Source: Squalus acanthias (Eukaryota). From it: DNA of 64,000 bases. The stretch spans positions 23,746,001 through 23,810,000 of the forward strand of contig CM059435.1 in the NCBI GenBank assembly GCA_030390025.1, in the 5' to 3' direction. A model generated the notes under the pieces. The model was not told where the DNA came from. It saw only the letters and a program-made list of their open reading frames with translations, and did no database searches. How positions within the stretch are numbered: position 1 is the stretch's first letter; the number at the start of each line of letters is the position of its first letter. Below are positions 1-13,254 of the stretch, piece after piece. The translations under genes were made by a program, and so were the position numbers.

Positions 1-434
1 TTTAAAAAAGAGCTAAAAGGTAGTAACAAAATTTTGTAACACTAAAAACATCCTGATGATTGTATAATAATATGTAAAGATTCATCACGGATCATGCCAA
101 GAAATCAAATGATGATGGTGGTGATGAAAGGCAGTTACAGACATTATTAATGTTAGTACCTCTCTTTCCTGAGCCTCAGCACTAGCTCCCTATCACTGGC
201 ATTTGAAAATGGGAAACTCAACTTCCTGGTGATCTTGGAATCTTGCTGCTATTGCAAGAGTGCGATTGATAACTGACATGCCAGACAGGTCCCATTCTCT
301 ACCAAGCAATAGTAAAATATAAAAATGCAAAGATTCTGGTCTTCTAATGGAAAGAACAAATAGAGACACTATTGCCGTATCAACAGTGGCTTTAATATGA
401 AATGGATTCAAGCTCCACCCATAGATCAGCAAGT

Positions 435-785
435 TTATCCAGTGAGTAGCTGAGCTGTACAGACCGGGACGGTCTCTGGCTGAATTCCTGGTCTGTGCCT
501 AGTTAGATGAGTTGATAGATCACAATTGACCTTGGTGCCCTGGGTACCGGACGGATTCCTGCTTCTGATGGCTATCTAGTGACCCCTGCAGGAAGTGCAT
601 GGGTATAGGTGTTGGATGAGAATATTGTCAGCCTCAGCTGTGATGCCCCTGCGATTGAGGAGCCTGCTGACGTACGCCATCAAGGCTCTCGAATGAATAA
701 TGGCGTCTTGGGTGGGCTACCCCAGGGAAACCTTCAGGAGATGGAAGGAGAGAAAATCGATGAGATAAAGAAAAGAAATGAGAAG
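435..785 (+). mobile_element. Old tRNA-derived SINE, family recurrent in this window (name uncertain)
   Basis: Shares acagacc-ggaaggtccc, ggtctgtgc-gagttag, ctcagctgtgatgccc and tgaagaatggcc-cttgg blocks with the copies at 800, 11960, 29440, 30215 and 54285. Confidence 0.7.
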
Positions 786-799
786 CCTCCTCTGCCTCT

Positions 800-1095
800 G
801 TGAATAAATGCAAATTGCACCCACTGGTGTCATTAGGCACCAAGCAGACCAGGAAGATGCCAGGGTTAATCCACCGTCTGTGCTGAATTAGTCGAGTTCA
901 ATTGGGAAGTAGGTAGTAGAGCTATAGTTCACGTCATTGCCCAGGAAGTGGGAAGCAAAAGAATTAGCCAAGATTTCTGTTCCGTATCGCTGCAGTGAGG
1001 ATAGGATTGGCTTGTCCAGTAGTGAACAGACTACCATGAGTGCCTGGGCCCACAAATGAAGAATGGTGACTTGTGTGGGGTTCTGAAGGTCACTG
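800..1095 (+). mobile_element. Second, tandem copy of the same tRNA-derived SINE
   Basis: cagaccaggaagatgccagggttaatccaccgtctgtgctgaattag ... atgaagaatggtgacttg. Confidence 0.65.
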
Positions 1096-1869
1096 CTGAT
1101 TTTCATCCTCCTACATGATGGGTGGGGATGAAAACTAGCTCCACTGTGCCTAGGGTGATCACCACAGACTTCATAGTACAGTAATAAGTAAGTTGCACAG
1201 TTGCATTGGTAGAGGTCTTGAACCAGGTTGTTTGGTGTTCCATTTGATTAGAGAATAATGTATGGATTATAGGGAACTAAGAAAGAGACAAATTAATGTT
1301 TTAAAGATTTTTTTTTTTGACAAATCAAAGCCCAATTTTTACTGTATTTTACACTCTTAACTTTTGTTTTAGACAATGTAATTAAAATAGATTTTGTTCA
1401 GGTTTGAGCCAGGTAAAATTTTAGAAGTTTCTATAATGCACTTTTTTTTTATCATTGCTTCATTTATCTGTTAAGGTGCTAGTATAGGAACATTCCTCTT
1501 TGCTGATGCCATTGTTTCATTGCCAGCTGCTGGTCCCCCTTCACGCATGATCCTCCCGTCCCAACTTTAACTAATCAGATGCAGATTTTGATGCGTCACA
1601 TGGTGAGTGTAATTTCCTCTGTACTAGACTGGCTGAACCCTATTACCAATGATGGCACAATAGGGAGAAGTTTGGCACAGAAGTCAATGGGAATTTAGAG
1701 CTTGCTCAACTTGTTGCCCAAAAGGACCACCTGGATCTTAAGCCCATCTGTTAATTTCAGTTTTCTCTACCCTGCCCACAACATTCAAGTAAGCAACAAA
1801 ACATGAAGAACAACTAGAACTGTCAAATGCATAGTTCTGTCTCGTGGCAAAGACAAATCCAAACCACAA

Positions 1870-2040
1870 CCAAGGCTGCTGAGATAGATAGATTTTTGAA
1901 CTCCAGAGGAATCAAAGGATATGGGGCTAGGCCAGGGAACTGGAGTTGAGGTCGAAGATCAGCCATGATTTTATTGAATGGCGGAGCAGGCTCGAGGGGC
2001 CGTATGGCCTACTCCTGCTCCTAATTCTTCTTCTTCTTAC
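1870..2040 (+). mobile_element. CR1 LINE 3' tail
   Basis: gatcagccatgat...gaatggcggagcaggctcgaggggccgtatggcctactcctgctcct, nearly identical to the tail at 56880-57040. Confidence 0.85.
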
Positions 2041-2859
2041 AACCCTCAGCATCTCTTGTCCACTATTGCAGTTAATACCAACGATGAGAAGAAGATTGCC
2101 AATAGAAACCTCTAAACTTGCTTAAAAACAATGTCTTTTGAATCATTGTGTGGTTCAACATGAAAAATATAAGAGTTTGCTTTCTCTTTACCAACACCAT
2201 CCATTGTGTTCATCAAAAATGTTAACCAGGATAGGAAAGCAACAGATTGGAACACAAGCATAATATAACAAAAGTAAAATACTGTGGATGCTGGAAATCT
2301 AAAATAAAAACAGGAAATGCTGGAAGCAGAATATGCTTTTGTTCAGTTACAGTGAAGTTCCTTGCTGCCAGCTGGAGGTTTAAATGTTAACTTTGAATAT
2401 AAGATGTTTTAGTAACAAATATAAGAACGTGGAACATGAGAGAGAATGAAATAGGAAAAGACTGTTTGGCTCATCACACCACTGCCTTGCACAGGCTGCG
2501 TACAATCTTAACCTATCATGGACTATAACCCAACTGTTTAACCTCCGCCAGAAAATTCTTTAAGAATGCACTGCTTCCCAAAGCTTCTCACATAAAACTT
2601 CATCTCCACTGTTCAACTCTGACCTGCTGATATTTGAGGATAATACTTCCCCTTGGCTTCAGTAGCATAGAAACCGTAGTGTCTCATGGATAATTTGATT
2701 ATTTCAGGCCTATCCCTATAGTCTTCAGTTCAGTTCCCAACTTCTTGCAAGTAACCCATCAGTAGTGATGGTAGTGCATTTATTAGATTGGCCACTTTTC
2801 TCATTTGATAGATCAGATCTGGGAGTGATGGTAATTATCACTTACCATTTACAATCATT

Positions 2860-3400
2860 GCAGAACAGCAATCAACAAAGCAAACAGAATGCTGAGCTGC
2901 AATGCCAAATCAGTCGCGTCTGAGGCCATCATGCTGAAGCTCTATAGTGTTCTGGTCAGACAACACCCTTGAGTATTATGTTCAGCTCCGGTTACCAAAG
3001 CACAGGGAAGCAGTGCAGAGAAGGGAAGCCAAACTGATTCCTGCATTAGAGGGTTGACTTATGAGGAAAGGATAAAAAAACTCAGACTCTTCAACCTTGA
3101 CTAAAATGGAATAAGAGGGGACCTTATAGAGATATATAAGATACTAAGTGGAATAGAAATCTTAATCCAAAATTCAACCACTATTGCGTGTTAGGAGGAA
3201 ATAGGTTAAAAACTGGTAAAAGGCAAGTTCAGGACTGAATTCCTGAAGCACTCCTTCACATAGAGTGATTAATACCTGGATAGTCTTCTGAGTATGCTAA
3301 TAGAAGCAAAAACTCGGAGTCATTCACGAGGCAGTTAGATATGGTGATGTGGGTGGGCTGGGGGTTGCTGAACATTCATATTAAATAAGTGGAGCATATT
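2860..3400 (+). mobile_element. Degraded CR1 LINE 3' region
   Basis: Decayed LVRPHLEY, VQRRA, LRGDL and FFTQRV-like coding blocks. Confidence 0.65.
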
Positions 3401-4089
3401 TCCATGATCCGGGAACTTCAATAACCAGCCATCACTTTACACAGAATTCCCAGCCAGTAATAAATGTCACAGTATCTCAAAGCCCTTGAACGTATGGTCC
3501 CCTCCTAAATCCATGTCCATGGTTCCTGCAACTCCGTGCTTTAATCTTTGCAGTCAGGTTTCTGTCCCCTGCCACAGTGCTGAAACAGCCCTAACCAAAG
3601 TTACAAATTACATCCTCTGTGACTGTGGTGCATTATGCCTCCTTTATAGCCTTTGACACCGTCGACCACACCATCCTCCTCCAGTGCCTCCCCTCCGTTT
3701 TTCAACTCGGTGCTTATTCGGTTCCACTCTGATCATAGCCAGAGCATCTTCTTCAATGGCTTCTCTTCCTGTCCCCACACCATTACCTCTGGAGTCCCCC
3801 AAGGATCTAACTTTGGCTCCCTCCCATTTTTCATCCCATGCTGCCGCATGACAACATTATCCAAAGACATGGGGTCAGCTTCCACATGTACGCTGATGAC
3901 ATCCAGCTCTACCTCTCCACCAATTCTCAACCCCTCCACTACCCAAAGACTCTCAGACTGCTTGTCTGATATCCAGTCTCCAGATATAAGCCATAAGTTC
4001 CTCCAGTTAAATACTGGGAAGAGTGAAGGCATTGTCTTTGGCTCCCATCACTAATTTCACCTCACTCACCTATTGACAATCTTCTCTCA

Positions 4090-5765
4090 CTATTGGACTT
4101 CACAGTAGAGGCAGAGGACAAAATACCTATGGTACAAGGAAACCCAAAAACAAGTCAAGGGGAAAAACTTAGTGCATTTAATATAAGTTTTAATAAAATA
4201 GTAATGAAGAATATAATGGGACTTAAGATTGACAATTCTCCAGGACCTGAACGTTTCCACCCTAGGGTATTAAGAGGAATAGGTGGGGAAATTGCAGATT
4301 GTAATTGGAATAATTTTCCAAAGCTCTCTAGATTTGGGAACCATGCCCTTGGATTGGAAAATTGCAAATATTATTCCATTATTTAAGACAGGAGGGAGGG
4401 AGAAACCAGTGAAGCACAGATTTGTCTGTGTAACGTCAGTTGTAGGGATATTACTGGAATCTATCATCAGGGACAGTAACTGAGCATTTCAACAAGTATA
4501 AGCTGATCAAAGAGAGCTAGCGTGGATTTATGAAGAGTAGGACATGTGTGACTAATCTATTTTAATTTTTTGAGGAGATCACTAACGAGGTGGACAGGAG
4601 AATGGCTGTAGATGTTGTCTATATGGACTTCCAGAAGGCATTTGATAAGGTTGTGCACAAGAGCTTAATAGCAACAATATGAATGCATGGAATTGGACTT
4701 GGAAAATTGGTTGGGAGGTAGGAGACAGACGGTATGAATAAAGGGAATGTGCTGTGATTGGCGGAATGCGACAAGTGGTGTTCCCCAGGGATCTGTACTG
4801 GGGCCTCAGCTTTTCACCATGTGTATCAATGACAGATGAAGAAATAGAGAATTGTTTATCCAAATTTGAAGATCATGCTAAATTAGGAGGAACAGTAAGT
4901 TGTGTAGATGGGAGCAGGAAGTTACAGTGAGACACACAGATTAAGTGAATGGGCAATACTGTGGCAGATGGAGTTCAATGTGGGGAAGTGTGAGGTTATC
5001 CACCTTGGATACAAAAAAGACAGATTGTAATATTTTCAAAATCGTGAGTGACTAGAAACTGTGGAGGAGCAAAAGGATTTGGGTGTCCAGGTACACAAAT
5101 CAGTATAAAAGCTAGTGGGCAGGTACAAAAAGTAATCGAAAAGGTTAATGGAATGCTAGCCTTTATCTCAAGAGGATTGGAATACAGAGAGGAGGAAATT
5201 ATGCTTCAGTTGAACAAATCACGGGTCAGACCCCATCTGGAGTATTGCATTCAGTTCTTGGCACCGCACCTCAGGAAGGATATATTGGCCATAAAGAGGG
5301 TACAGCACAGATTTACCAAAATGATACCGGGGCTAAAAGGGTTCAATTATGAGAACAGGTTGCATAAACTTGGGTTGTATTCCCCTGAGTTTAGACAGTT
5401 GCGGGGTGATCTAATTGATGTCTTGAAATAATAAAAGGATTTGAGAAAGTAAATGCAGGGAAGCTATTCCTCTAGTGGGGGATTCCACTACAAGGGGGCA
5501 CAATCTTCAAATTAAAACTGGGCCTTCAGGCGTAAACTCTGGAAGCACTGTTTCACACAAAGGGTAGTGGAATTGTGGAGCTCCCCCAAAAGGCAGCCGA
5601 TGCTGGGGTCAGTTGAAATTTTCAAGACAGAGATCAACAGATTTTTATTATGTTGGGGTATGAAGGGATATGGATCAAAAGCAGGGTTGATAGATCTGGA
5701 GTACAGATCTAATAAACGATGGAACAGGCTTGAGGTTTGTAGCCTACTCCTGTTCCTATGTTCCT
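4090..5765 (+). mobile_element. CR1 LINE, 5'-truncated and frameshifted, nested in the L2 element
   Basis: SPGP-FHPRVL, DWKIANIIPLFK, YMDFQKAFDKV, SGVPQGSVLGP and RPHLEYCIQF motifs plus a CR1-type 3' tail. Confidence 0.9.
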
Positions 5766-6310
5766 TCCTGGCCACTGTCTCAGGTTGAACCAGACAGTTT
5801 GCAACCTTGGCATCCTATTCAACCCCAAGCTGAGCTTCTGACCCCATATCCTCTCCATTTGAAAGACTGTCTGCATCCGCCTTTGTAACATCACATACCT
5901 CCACCCATGCTTCAGTCCTGCTGCTCACTCTCTAACCCATGCCTGTATCATCTTCAGGCTCGACAATTCCAGTGTTCTCCTGGCCAGCCTCCCATTCTCT
6001 ACGCTCTGTAAACTCCAGCTCATCCAAAACTCTGGTGCCTATTTCCTGTTCTACACCAAGTCTCGCCCACCATCGCTGTCTTGTGCAGCTCCCCTCCCTT
6101 CACCCCACCATGGCAGCCTGTTCCTCCAGCAGTTTTGGCCCCACACTCTGGAACTCTCTGCCTAAACCTTCTGTCTTTCCACCTCCCTCTCTGCCTTTAA
6201 GGCCCTTCTTAAAACCTAACTGACCATGTCTTTGATTGCTGCTCCTAATATCTCTTTCATTGGATCCGCATCTATTTTTGTCTGATTATGCCTCTATGAA
6301 GCGCCTTGGA

Positions 6311-7081
6311 CAGTGTTGTTCAATAGAAATTTCCGATTAGCCACAGGGTGGCTACTGTGACATCTTTTAGCCACATGCACTAGTATTAGTAGACGACATC
6401 ATATGCACAATACAGATAAATGTACTTCACATATTTACTTAACAAACATCTGCTACCATTCAGTGCAAAAGTTTGCAGTCTCTCACCAAAGTTTGGAATT
6501 CTGGCATGAATTTATCAGGCACAGCACATCTTAGTGCAGTTGCAAGTGGCATTTCAACTTCATCAGAGTGATTACTGAGAATGTTGATTGCACAATGGGA
6601 CCTGCCCCTGCTCTCCATACAGAACCCGGTTGGAGGCTGCTTTACCTGTTGTCATGACGTGCCCTGTTGGAGCTACTTGTTATTGGCTGGGTTTGCTTTT
6701 TTCTACTGGCTTGGAGCGGTTATTCCGATTGGCTGAGCTGATCACGATGACAGTTCCCCTTTCCCTTGGTGTTTCCATGGTGCTGAAGTCTGGCATTTTC
6801 ATCAGTGTTACAAACCATTTTAGCAAACAACCAATAAACAGTAACCAAGGAAGTAAAGCACACACAACGATTAAAAAGCACTTGCAAAATCTGCTTTTCG
6901 TCTTATCATTTTACCAAGAAATGCACAAGGTTAAAGTACATATGCATTTGTTGTGTGAATATGAATATTGAGATTACATGCCCATACTCATTTTTTTATT
7001 TACTAAAGAAAAATATAATTAGCCACATCTGGATTCCGAATTCATCACGTGACTAGTTACTAAACGTATTGGACAACACTG
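6311..7081. mobile_element. Non-autonomous hAT (Charlie/MER3-like) DNA transposon
   Basis: 15-bp TIRs CAGTGTTGTTCAATA (6311-6325) and TATTGGACAACACTG (7067-7081), 14/15 match. Subterminal TAGCCAC motifs. Degenerate 8-bp TSD ccttgg(g)a / tcttggga. Confidence 0.85.
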
Positions 7082-8019
7082 TCTTGGGACATTTTATCTA
7101 GGTTTAAAGGCACTATGTAAAAGCAGCTTGTTGAATGCAGAATGCCTTGGTCGTATGACTACAAACAGAAGAGGTGTCGTCTAAAAATATATTAAAATCC
7201 TTGAGTGTGTGTGACAGTTGGTCACACTTAAATTACTCCTGTGTGATGGGTGCAAAGTCACACAGTTGCACGCCATGCCTTCAATACGCATATCCTTCAT
7301 CTGTGGCAGTGGAGTGCTTCTCAGTCTGTTTCTGAACTCCCAAGAGCTGCAAACCTGAAGGTACCTCCTGAGGCCCTGCTGATCATTTTTAATTTATTAC
7401 AGTTTACCTCCTGCATTCTTTATTCACATTTACTTTTTACTATGTTTTTTTTGCCGCTACTATACTCCCCCCTCTCCCATGCTCAAATAAATGCTGCCCT
7501 GTTTCCAGCTCCACTTCTGCATTCACCTCTGTCCAGCCTGCCTGTACTCCTGCTCCCATCTTCAATATAAATGCTGTAGTAGAGCCTCCCGCTGACTGAT
7601 CTCAGAACATGAAAGCTCCTCACTTGCAGTCCTCCGCCTGTTCAGCCTCCACTCCTCTCGACCCCAGTGTGCCTTTTCTCAATGTAGCCAGACTACCCCT
7701 TCGGTACCTTTTTTAATCTCTCCCTGGCCCTTCCACTTTTCCTTCGCCAGCTCCTGCCACTACCTACACCACTTCGATCTAACCTCATGAGAGCTCTCTG
7801 CTCCAATGACATTCAGCACAAAAAAAGATGCCAATACCAAAAGTACCCAAACTTTAAAAAAAAAAGCTTCCTTGCCCTGCCTCTCATTTCCTGGCCGTAG
7901 CTGAAAAAAAAATAGCAGATTGTGCTTCTGGCCTCTGAAAAGTGTCATGAAAAAGCATTAGGACTGCCCAGCCTTACTCCAGAAAGCCTCCTGCTCTGAT
8001 CGCCAACCAATCCAGAAAC

Positions 8020-8455
8020 TAACTACAACTATCAGGAAAGACTGAACAGGTTGGGGCTCTTTTCTCTAGAAAAGAAAAGGCTAAGCGTTGACCTGATCGA
8101 GGTCTTTAAAATTCTGAAGGAGTTTGATAGGATAGACATGGAGAGGATGTTTCTACTTATGGGTGAGTCCAAAACTAGGGGCCATTAATAAATCCAGTAA
8201 GGAATTCAGGAGAAACTTCTTTACTCAGAGTGGTGAGAATGTGGAACTCGCTACCACATGGAGTGGTTGAGACGAATAGCATAGAATCATTTAAGGAGAA
8301 GCTCGATAAGTACACAAAGGAGAAAGGAAATAGAAGGGTATGTTGATGGGGTGAGATGAAGTAAAGTAGGAGGAGGCTCTTGTGGAGCATAAACACTGGC
8401 ATTGACCTGTTTGACCGAATGCTTGTTTCTGTGCTGTAAAATTCGATGTAACTAC
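8020..8455 (+). mobile_element. CR1 LINE 3' fragment
   Basis: RLNRLGLFSLEK, DLIEVFKI and FFTQ-VV-MWNSLP blocks. Same tail family as 23960-24228 and 46385-46740. Confidence 0.85.
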
Positions 8456-11400
8456 AATTTAATAGATTCCCAAACCAGGACTCAAAAGAAAAGTTCTTCA
8501 TGTCCACCTCCTCAAGGATCTAAAACTGTCCGTCATTCCTAATCATATTGATAATGAACCATCCCCAGCACTTCCCATTTCTGAGTGCCCCAAGGAAACA
8601 GGCAGTATTACTTAGCTTTCCCCAATGAATCTGCCCCTTTGTGTAATTAGGTTAAAATGGATAAATATAGCTCTAATAATTAATTCCATCCTCTTCTAAC
8701 TCTTAATTATTTATTTCATTCCACCCCTTGGATCTCCATTGTTTTGTTATTCGATGCACTTCTTCCAGCTTTATTATTTATTTAATTTCCCTTTCCAGTA
8801 ACATTTAAAAAAAAAATTGTACACCCGTTTCAGTTTCATCATTTATTTTGTAACCCCCCCCCGCCCTTCAGCTCCCTCACTTCTTTATTTCATGATGACC
8901 CCCCCCCCCCCCCCCCTTCAATTATTTATTTCAGTCTCCCCTCTAAAACCGTAGTAGTTGGTATTATTCGAGACCTGCAACCCCCGCCTTGCACACCTTG
9001 GTTCCATCTCAAAACCTCAAATCCTTGTCAGCTAAGCCCACCTTCTGACTTATTGTGAGCTTTGCCACAGGAGATTCCCAAATCATCAAAGAAAAATCAA
9101 GAGAATTGAGTTTTATTTTTTTTTAAAACAGCTAATTTGGATGGTTCTAGTTCTTCTCTAATTTGAATTTTTCAAATTAAATAAATGCACTTTTGAATTA
9201 AGTTACATCCATTTCACTTTAATAGTGGGGAAGATACCATACCAAATGCTACAATGTTATTATCAGTAGTTAGATTTTACTTTAAATTAACACTGCGATA
9301 AGACCCAGGTTATTATACTTAGTATTTCATCATTTGGTTTTTTTCCCCCTGTAGTTATGGCATTACCAGCACTGAAATAGGTCAGTTTATAAGATTAGGG
9401 CATTTAAGGGAAAAACTTTAGATTGGCAAAGTTAACATGTAAATGCTTAATGGCTTGTGCTACCTCCCTATGTGGGCTATTTTTACACCGGCATAACCTG
9501 TTTATTTTAAATGGGTTAATGCCTGTGCAACATTTGCACATACAGGAATGTAGTATGAGCGTGTTAAACTTTCTGTATGTGAACTTTGCAAATCAGAAAT
9601 TCTACCTTTTTTAGAATTAGACAGAAGTATTTGCTGAAGAAATATTAACAGATTAGAAAATTTGTTGGGAAATCATTTGAAATTCAAATTTAATAAATTC
9701 TATTCAGCAACAGAAATGCACTGCGAATTTTGCTTAACAAAATCACCTGGACACTAAACAATGATGGGACTTTCACTGTAAAGCATGCAGATTGTTTGTT
9801 TGAAAATTAAGACTGATTAGACTACAGTACTGAAAATCTTAAAAGCCCCCCTCCCCACCCAAATTGGGCCGTTATTATAGCTAAAGAAATCTATTAGTAA
9901 TACTGCTGTATGACCGTGAGATCCCACCTAGATTTGCAGCCAAATTGCCATCAAATGCAGACTAGATCCCTGATTAATTAAAACTCCAGACGGCTTTCTA
10001 ATCAGGTCAGTGTTGCCATTAGTTTTCTGTTTGCACTGTGTAACAAAATCATAAACAAGTTCTTTATAAATGGGTTTATGATTTTGTTACATAAAGTGCA
10101 CAGAGGAAATTGCCCCACTGTTTCCATATATTGTGTGAAACACTATTATTGTTTTTCTTCAGCAATATCATTAGAACAAATGATTTGCCGACACAAAACT
10201 GCTTTTTATATGAATCTGATTCTCGTTCTGCAGAAAGTTGATTGATGTTGATTGATGTTAAAAGCTGATTCTGCCTCCCTCCTTTTCTCACTATGGGGAT
10301 TGAGATGACACAGTAATGATGAATAATCAATACACCCACAATAATTTACAAACTATGGCAGTTGTTTAAAGCATTTCTTTGGTATGACCAGAACTGTCTG
10401 CTAATGATTTTAAGATTGGAGTTTGAGCTCCATTGTTGTAGATTGCCTTTCAGATATAGCCTCTTCGGAATCAAATATAGCCGTCAAACTCACCAAGGTA
10501 CCAAAGTAGCTCCACGCAGCAAGAAAATGCCCTTTTTTGTCATTGATTTTAGTGATACCAGGCTAGAAATTATAGTTGCCGATAGTAGCAGATAAGTGCT
10601 TAGCATGTTGACTTGGCATTCCTCTGTCTGCTGTTTTAATGAACCTGTTGACTTGTTTAAAATAATTGGGTTAATGCTGTCATTAAAATTGCACACAGAG
10701 GAATGACATATAAATGTGTTGAGCTTTCATCCACAATCTACCATTATCACCAATGAAGTTTGTATATCTGCTTCAGCAAACTGGACATCTGATGGGACCT
10801 CTATACTCACTAAGAACTAATGCATTATACTAAGGAACCATCCAGTGGAATAATTTCATAATAAGGATATTTAGCCAACCATTAAGTTAGCAGAGTTACA
10901 TTGAACCTGGGTTATTCTGTAAGAGAAGATTTTATGAAGACCATATAATCTGCCTCGCCAACATTTACAACTGAAGGAATTATCTGAAGGTTTTAGATAT
11001 CTTAAGCTGGTTCCAAATAGACTTTACTAGACTCTGTAGGCTAGTCATGTTCCTATGAGTTTGTAGAACCAACAGATGGCTTGTTTCAAAACTGTTTAAT
11101 GCTATCATAGACAAGGCAGTGATAAAAAGTTCAAAATGACCTGGACCACTGGTTGTTATAACATTGGAGGTTTTGAGCAGGCTAAATTGAGAAAACTTGG
11201 AATAACCCACCAAGAAAATTCATGAATTTCCACCACGTTGGCTACACAAAACAATAAACTTTCCTAATTTATTTTCTCTTTACCTGCCTTTAAAGGAAAG
11301 TTTAAAAATGAATTAATTTTTCCATGATGGAGTTGTTTCAGCAATCATGTCAAATATGCACACACATGTCTATAAACCCAATAGAAACATCTTGTAAGTT

Positions 11401-11959
11401 GCTCTAGCACAAGTACATCAAATTATTGACCGTGACCGCAATACAGCCCAAGAATCACAGTCAACTCAGTTCTATTTGCGCTTATATTTCTTACTAGCTA
11501 GTTTGTCCTATTTGCATTTGTGGGCCTGGAGGCTTGGAAAAGGCTGTTCTTTGTACTATTGCCTCATTGCTGGATAAATCCCAAATTGAAAACGGTTAGT
11601 ATCCACATCTTAAGATTTATAAATTTAATGGGAACATTGATTTAAACTTTACATATATATCCCCCATGGTATGAACCTATGTGACCCACAAAGACAAAAA
11701 GCTTATGCATTGTTGGTCTAGAGGGCCAGTCAACTACTAATTGACTAGATTTGGGGATTGCTCCCTATTTATTTTGGATTTAGGATTTTTGCTTTTGATT
11801 AAGTCCTTCCACAAGGTACACATTCCTTTCTTGTCTCCCTTGTTGCCATTCAATTCCTTGTATTCTTGTATTTGAGAGTGTTCACTGCCTTTGTGGTGAT
11901 CGGGGAAAAAAGAGTTGGAACCACCATCATAAAACATCAATGGAAGACTTCTCCCTAAT

Positions 11960-12345
11960 GATTCAGTGAGTTTATTCAGTGAGTAGCTAAGCTATTCAGA
12001 CCAAGAAGGACTTAGGTTTGACCCCAGTCTGTGCATATTTAGCCAGTCTCACTGCGATGGAGGTAAAGGTGCTACAAATTGGCCTCCTTGATTCTGGGTT
12101 GGGAGGATTATCAGACAAATTCTCAATCTTGGTCATTATCCAGCAACTCTTGCTGAAAGTTTGCATGTGTGGACATTAAGTGATCACTGAGTCTGGCTCG
12201 ACTGTAATGCTCAGTCATTGTCCAGGCTCGCGCATGCATAATGGCCACTTGGGGAGGTGACAGAGGGCAATCAGTGCCTGTGGAAGAAAAAGTCAAGACC
12301 TTCAGGAGAGGATGAGGAAGAACAAAATTGGCATAGAAAATTGGC
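11960..12345 (+). mobile_element. Old tRNA-derived SINE (same family as 435-785)
   Basis: Shared blocks as listed for 435-785, plus the end accttcaggagaggatgagg. Confidence 0.7.
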
Positions 12346-13254
12346 AAGGAAAAAAAAAGTCCGAGCATAGTGAAACCTGGATTGTGAAATAATGGTTATC
12401 TACAACAGCAGACAAATCTGGTTGATATTTGGGCCGAGTTTGGAAATGCAGCTTGACAACCCAAATGCCATGACATGTCACATGGCTTAATCTATAGGCT
12501 AATTATTCAGCCATCCCAAGGGCCCTAACTCTATACACTTGTTGTATCCAATGATCCCTGTCTACACTTCCTTTGCTGTCTTCAATATTGTAGGCATTCT
12601 CTGCCTCGCTCTGCATGGCTACCTTTTCCTGTGTTTTCCAATTTGCTGTTGTTTTGAAACTAGTAGCCTAAATTCTAATTTTGTGATGTATGCAAATGTT
12701 GACAAACATCAAATTATTTCACTTTGTCGAGTTGCTATTAGGTTTATACAGTTTTCTTTTCTGCTGTTCTGTTTTTTGTTCTATTTTTCAGTTCTTTATA
12801 ACATTTCCACCATTTCCTTCAGGAAAAAAAAAATTGTAGTTAACAAAAAGCATTTGATTTAAGAGATGGAAAGTATAATTTTGTGTACTCAAGTATGCAA
12901 TGCTGCTTTCCATTTTCATTTCAAAATGTTGAATTCTTTCTCTAATCTTTTGCATTTTCTTGTAACCATTCAAAAGCTGCATTATATATTTTTGCTTACG
13001 ATAAGTTGGCATAATATTTGCACTGAATTTTGTATAATTTCAAAAAACACTAAGAATATAAATGATCTTTTTATGCTCAACTTTGAAAGGGTTGCTTTTA
13101 ATAAACATAAAAGTATTTGAGATTAAATGCTAAGTTTACACTTATTTGTAATCATCAGTAAATCTATCTAATGCGATGCCACCATTAATAATTATTTTAA
13201 ACTAGCTTGGGAAATGTGCATAGTTCTGATTGTTTTCACTATTATTTTATTTAG

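Larger units (their letters stand above)
3535..7135 (+). mobile_element. L2-clade LINE in three pieces (about 3535-4090, 5765-6310, 7082-7135)
   Basis: RT motifs HSAETALTKV, FDTVDHTIL, SGVPQGS and YADDIQLY. The frame resumes as LPGHCLRLNQTV-NLG after the CR1 insertion, and the tail aagcgccttgggac...aaaggcactat-taaa is interrupted by a hAT element. Confidence 0.8.

Noticed and set aside
13214-13254. ORF-track start MCIVLIVFTIILF for the zinc-finger protein
   Set aside because: This is the intronic pyrimidine tract; the exon starts after the AG at 13253-13254, in the middle of a finger.
1-13254. Search for the upstream PLAGL2 coding exon (first fingers), including a donor-like atggtgagt near 1600
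   Set aside because: No C2H2-coding frame found; the exon probably lies before the window.
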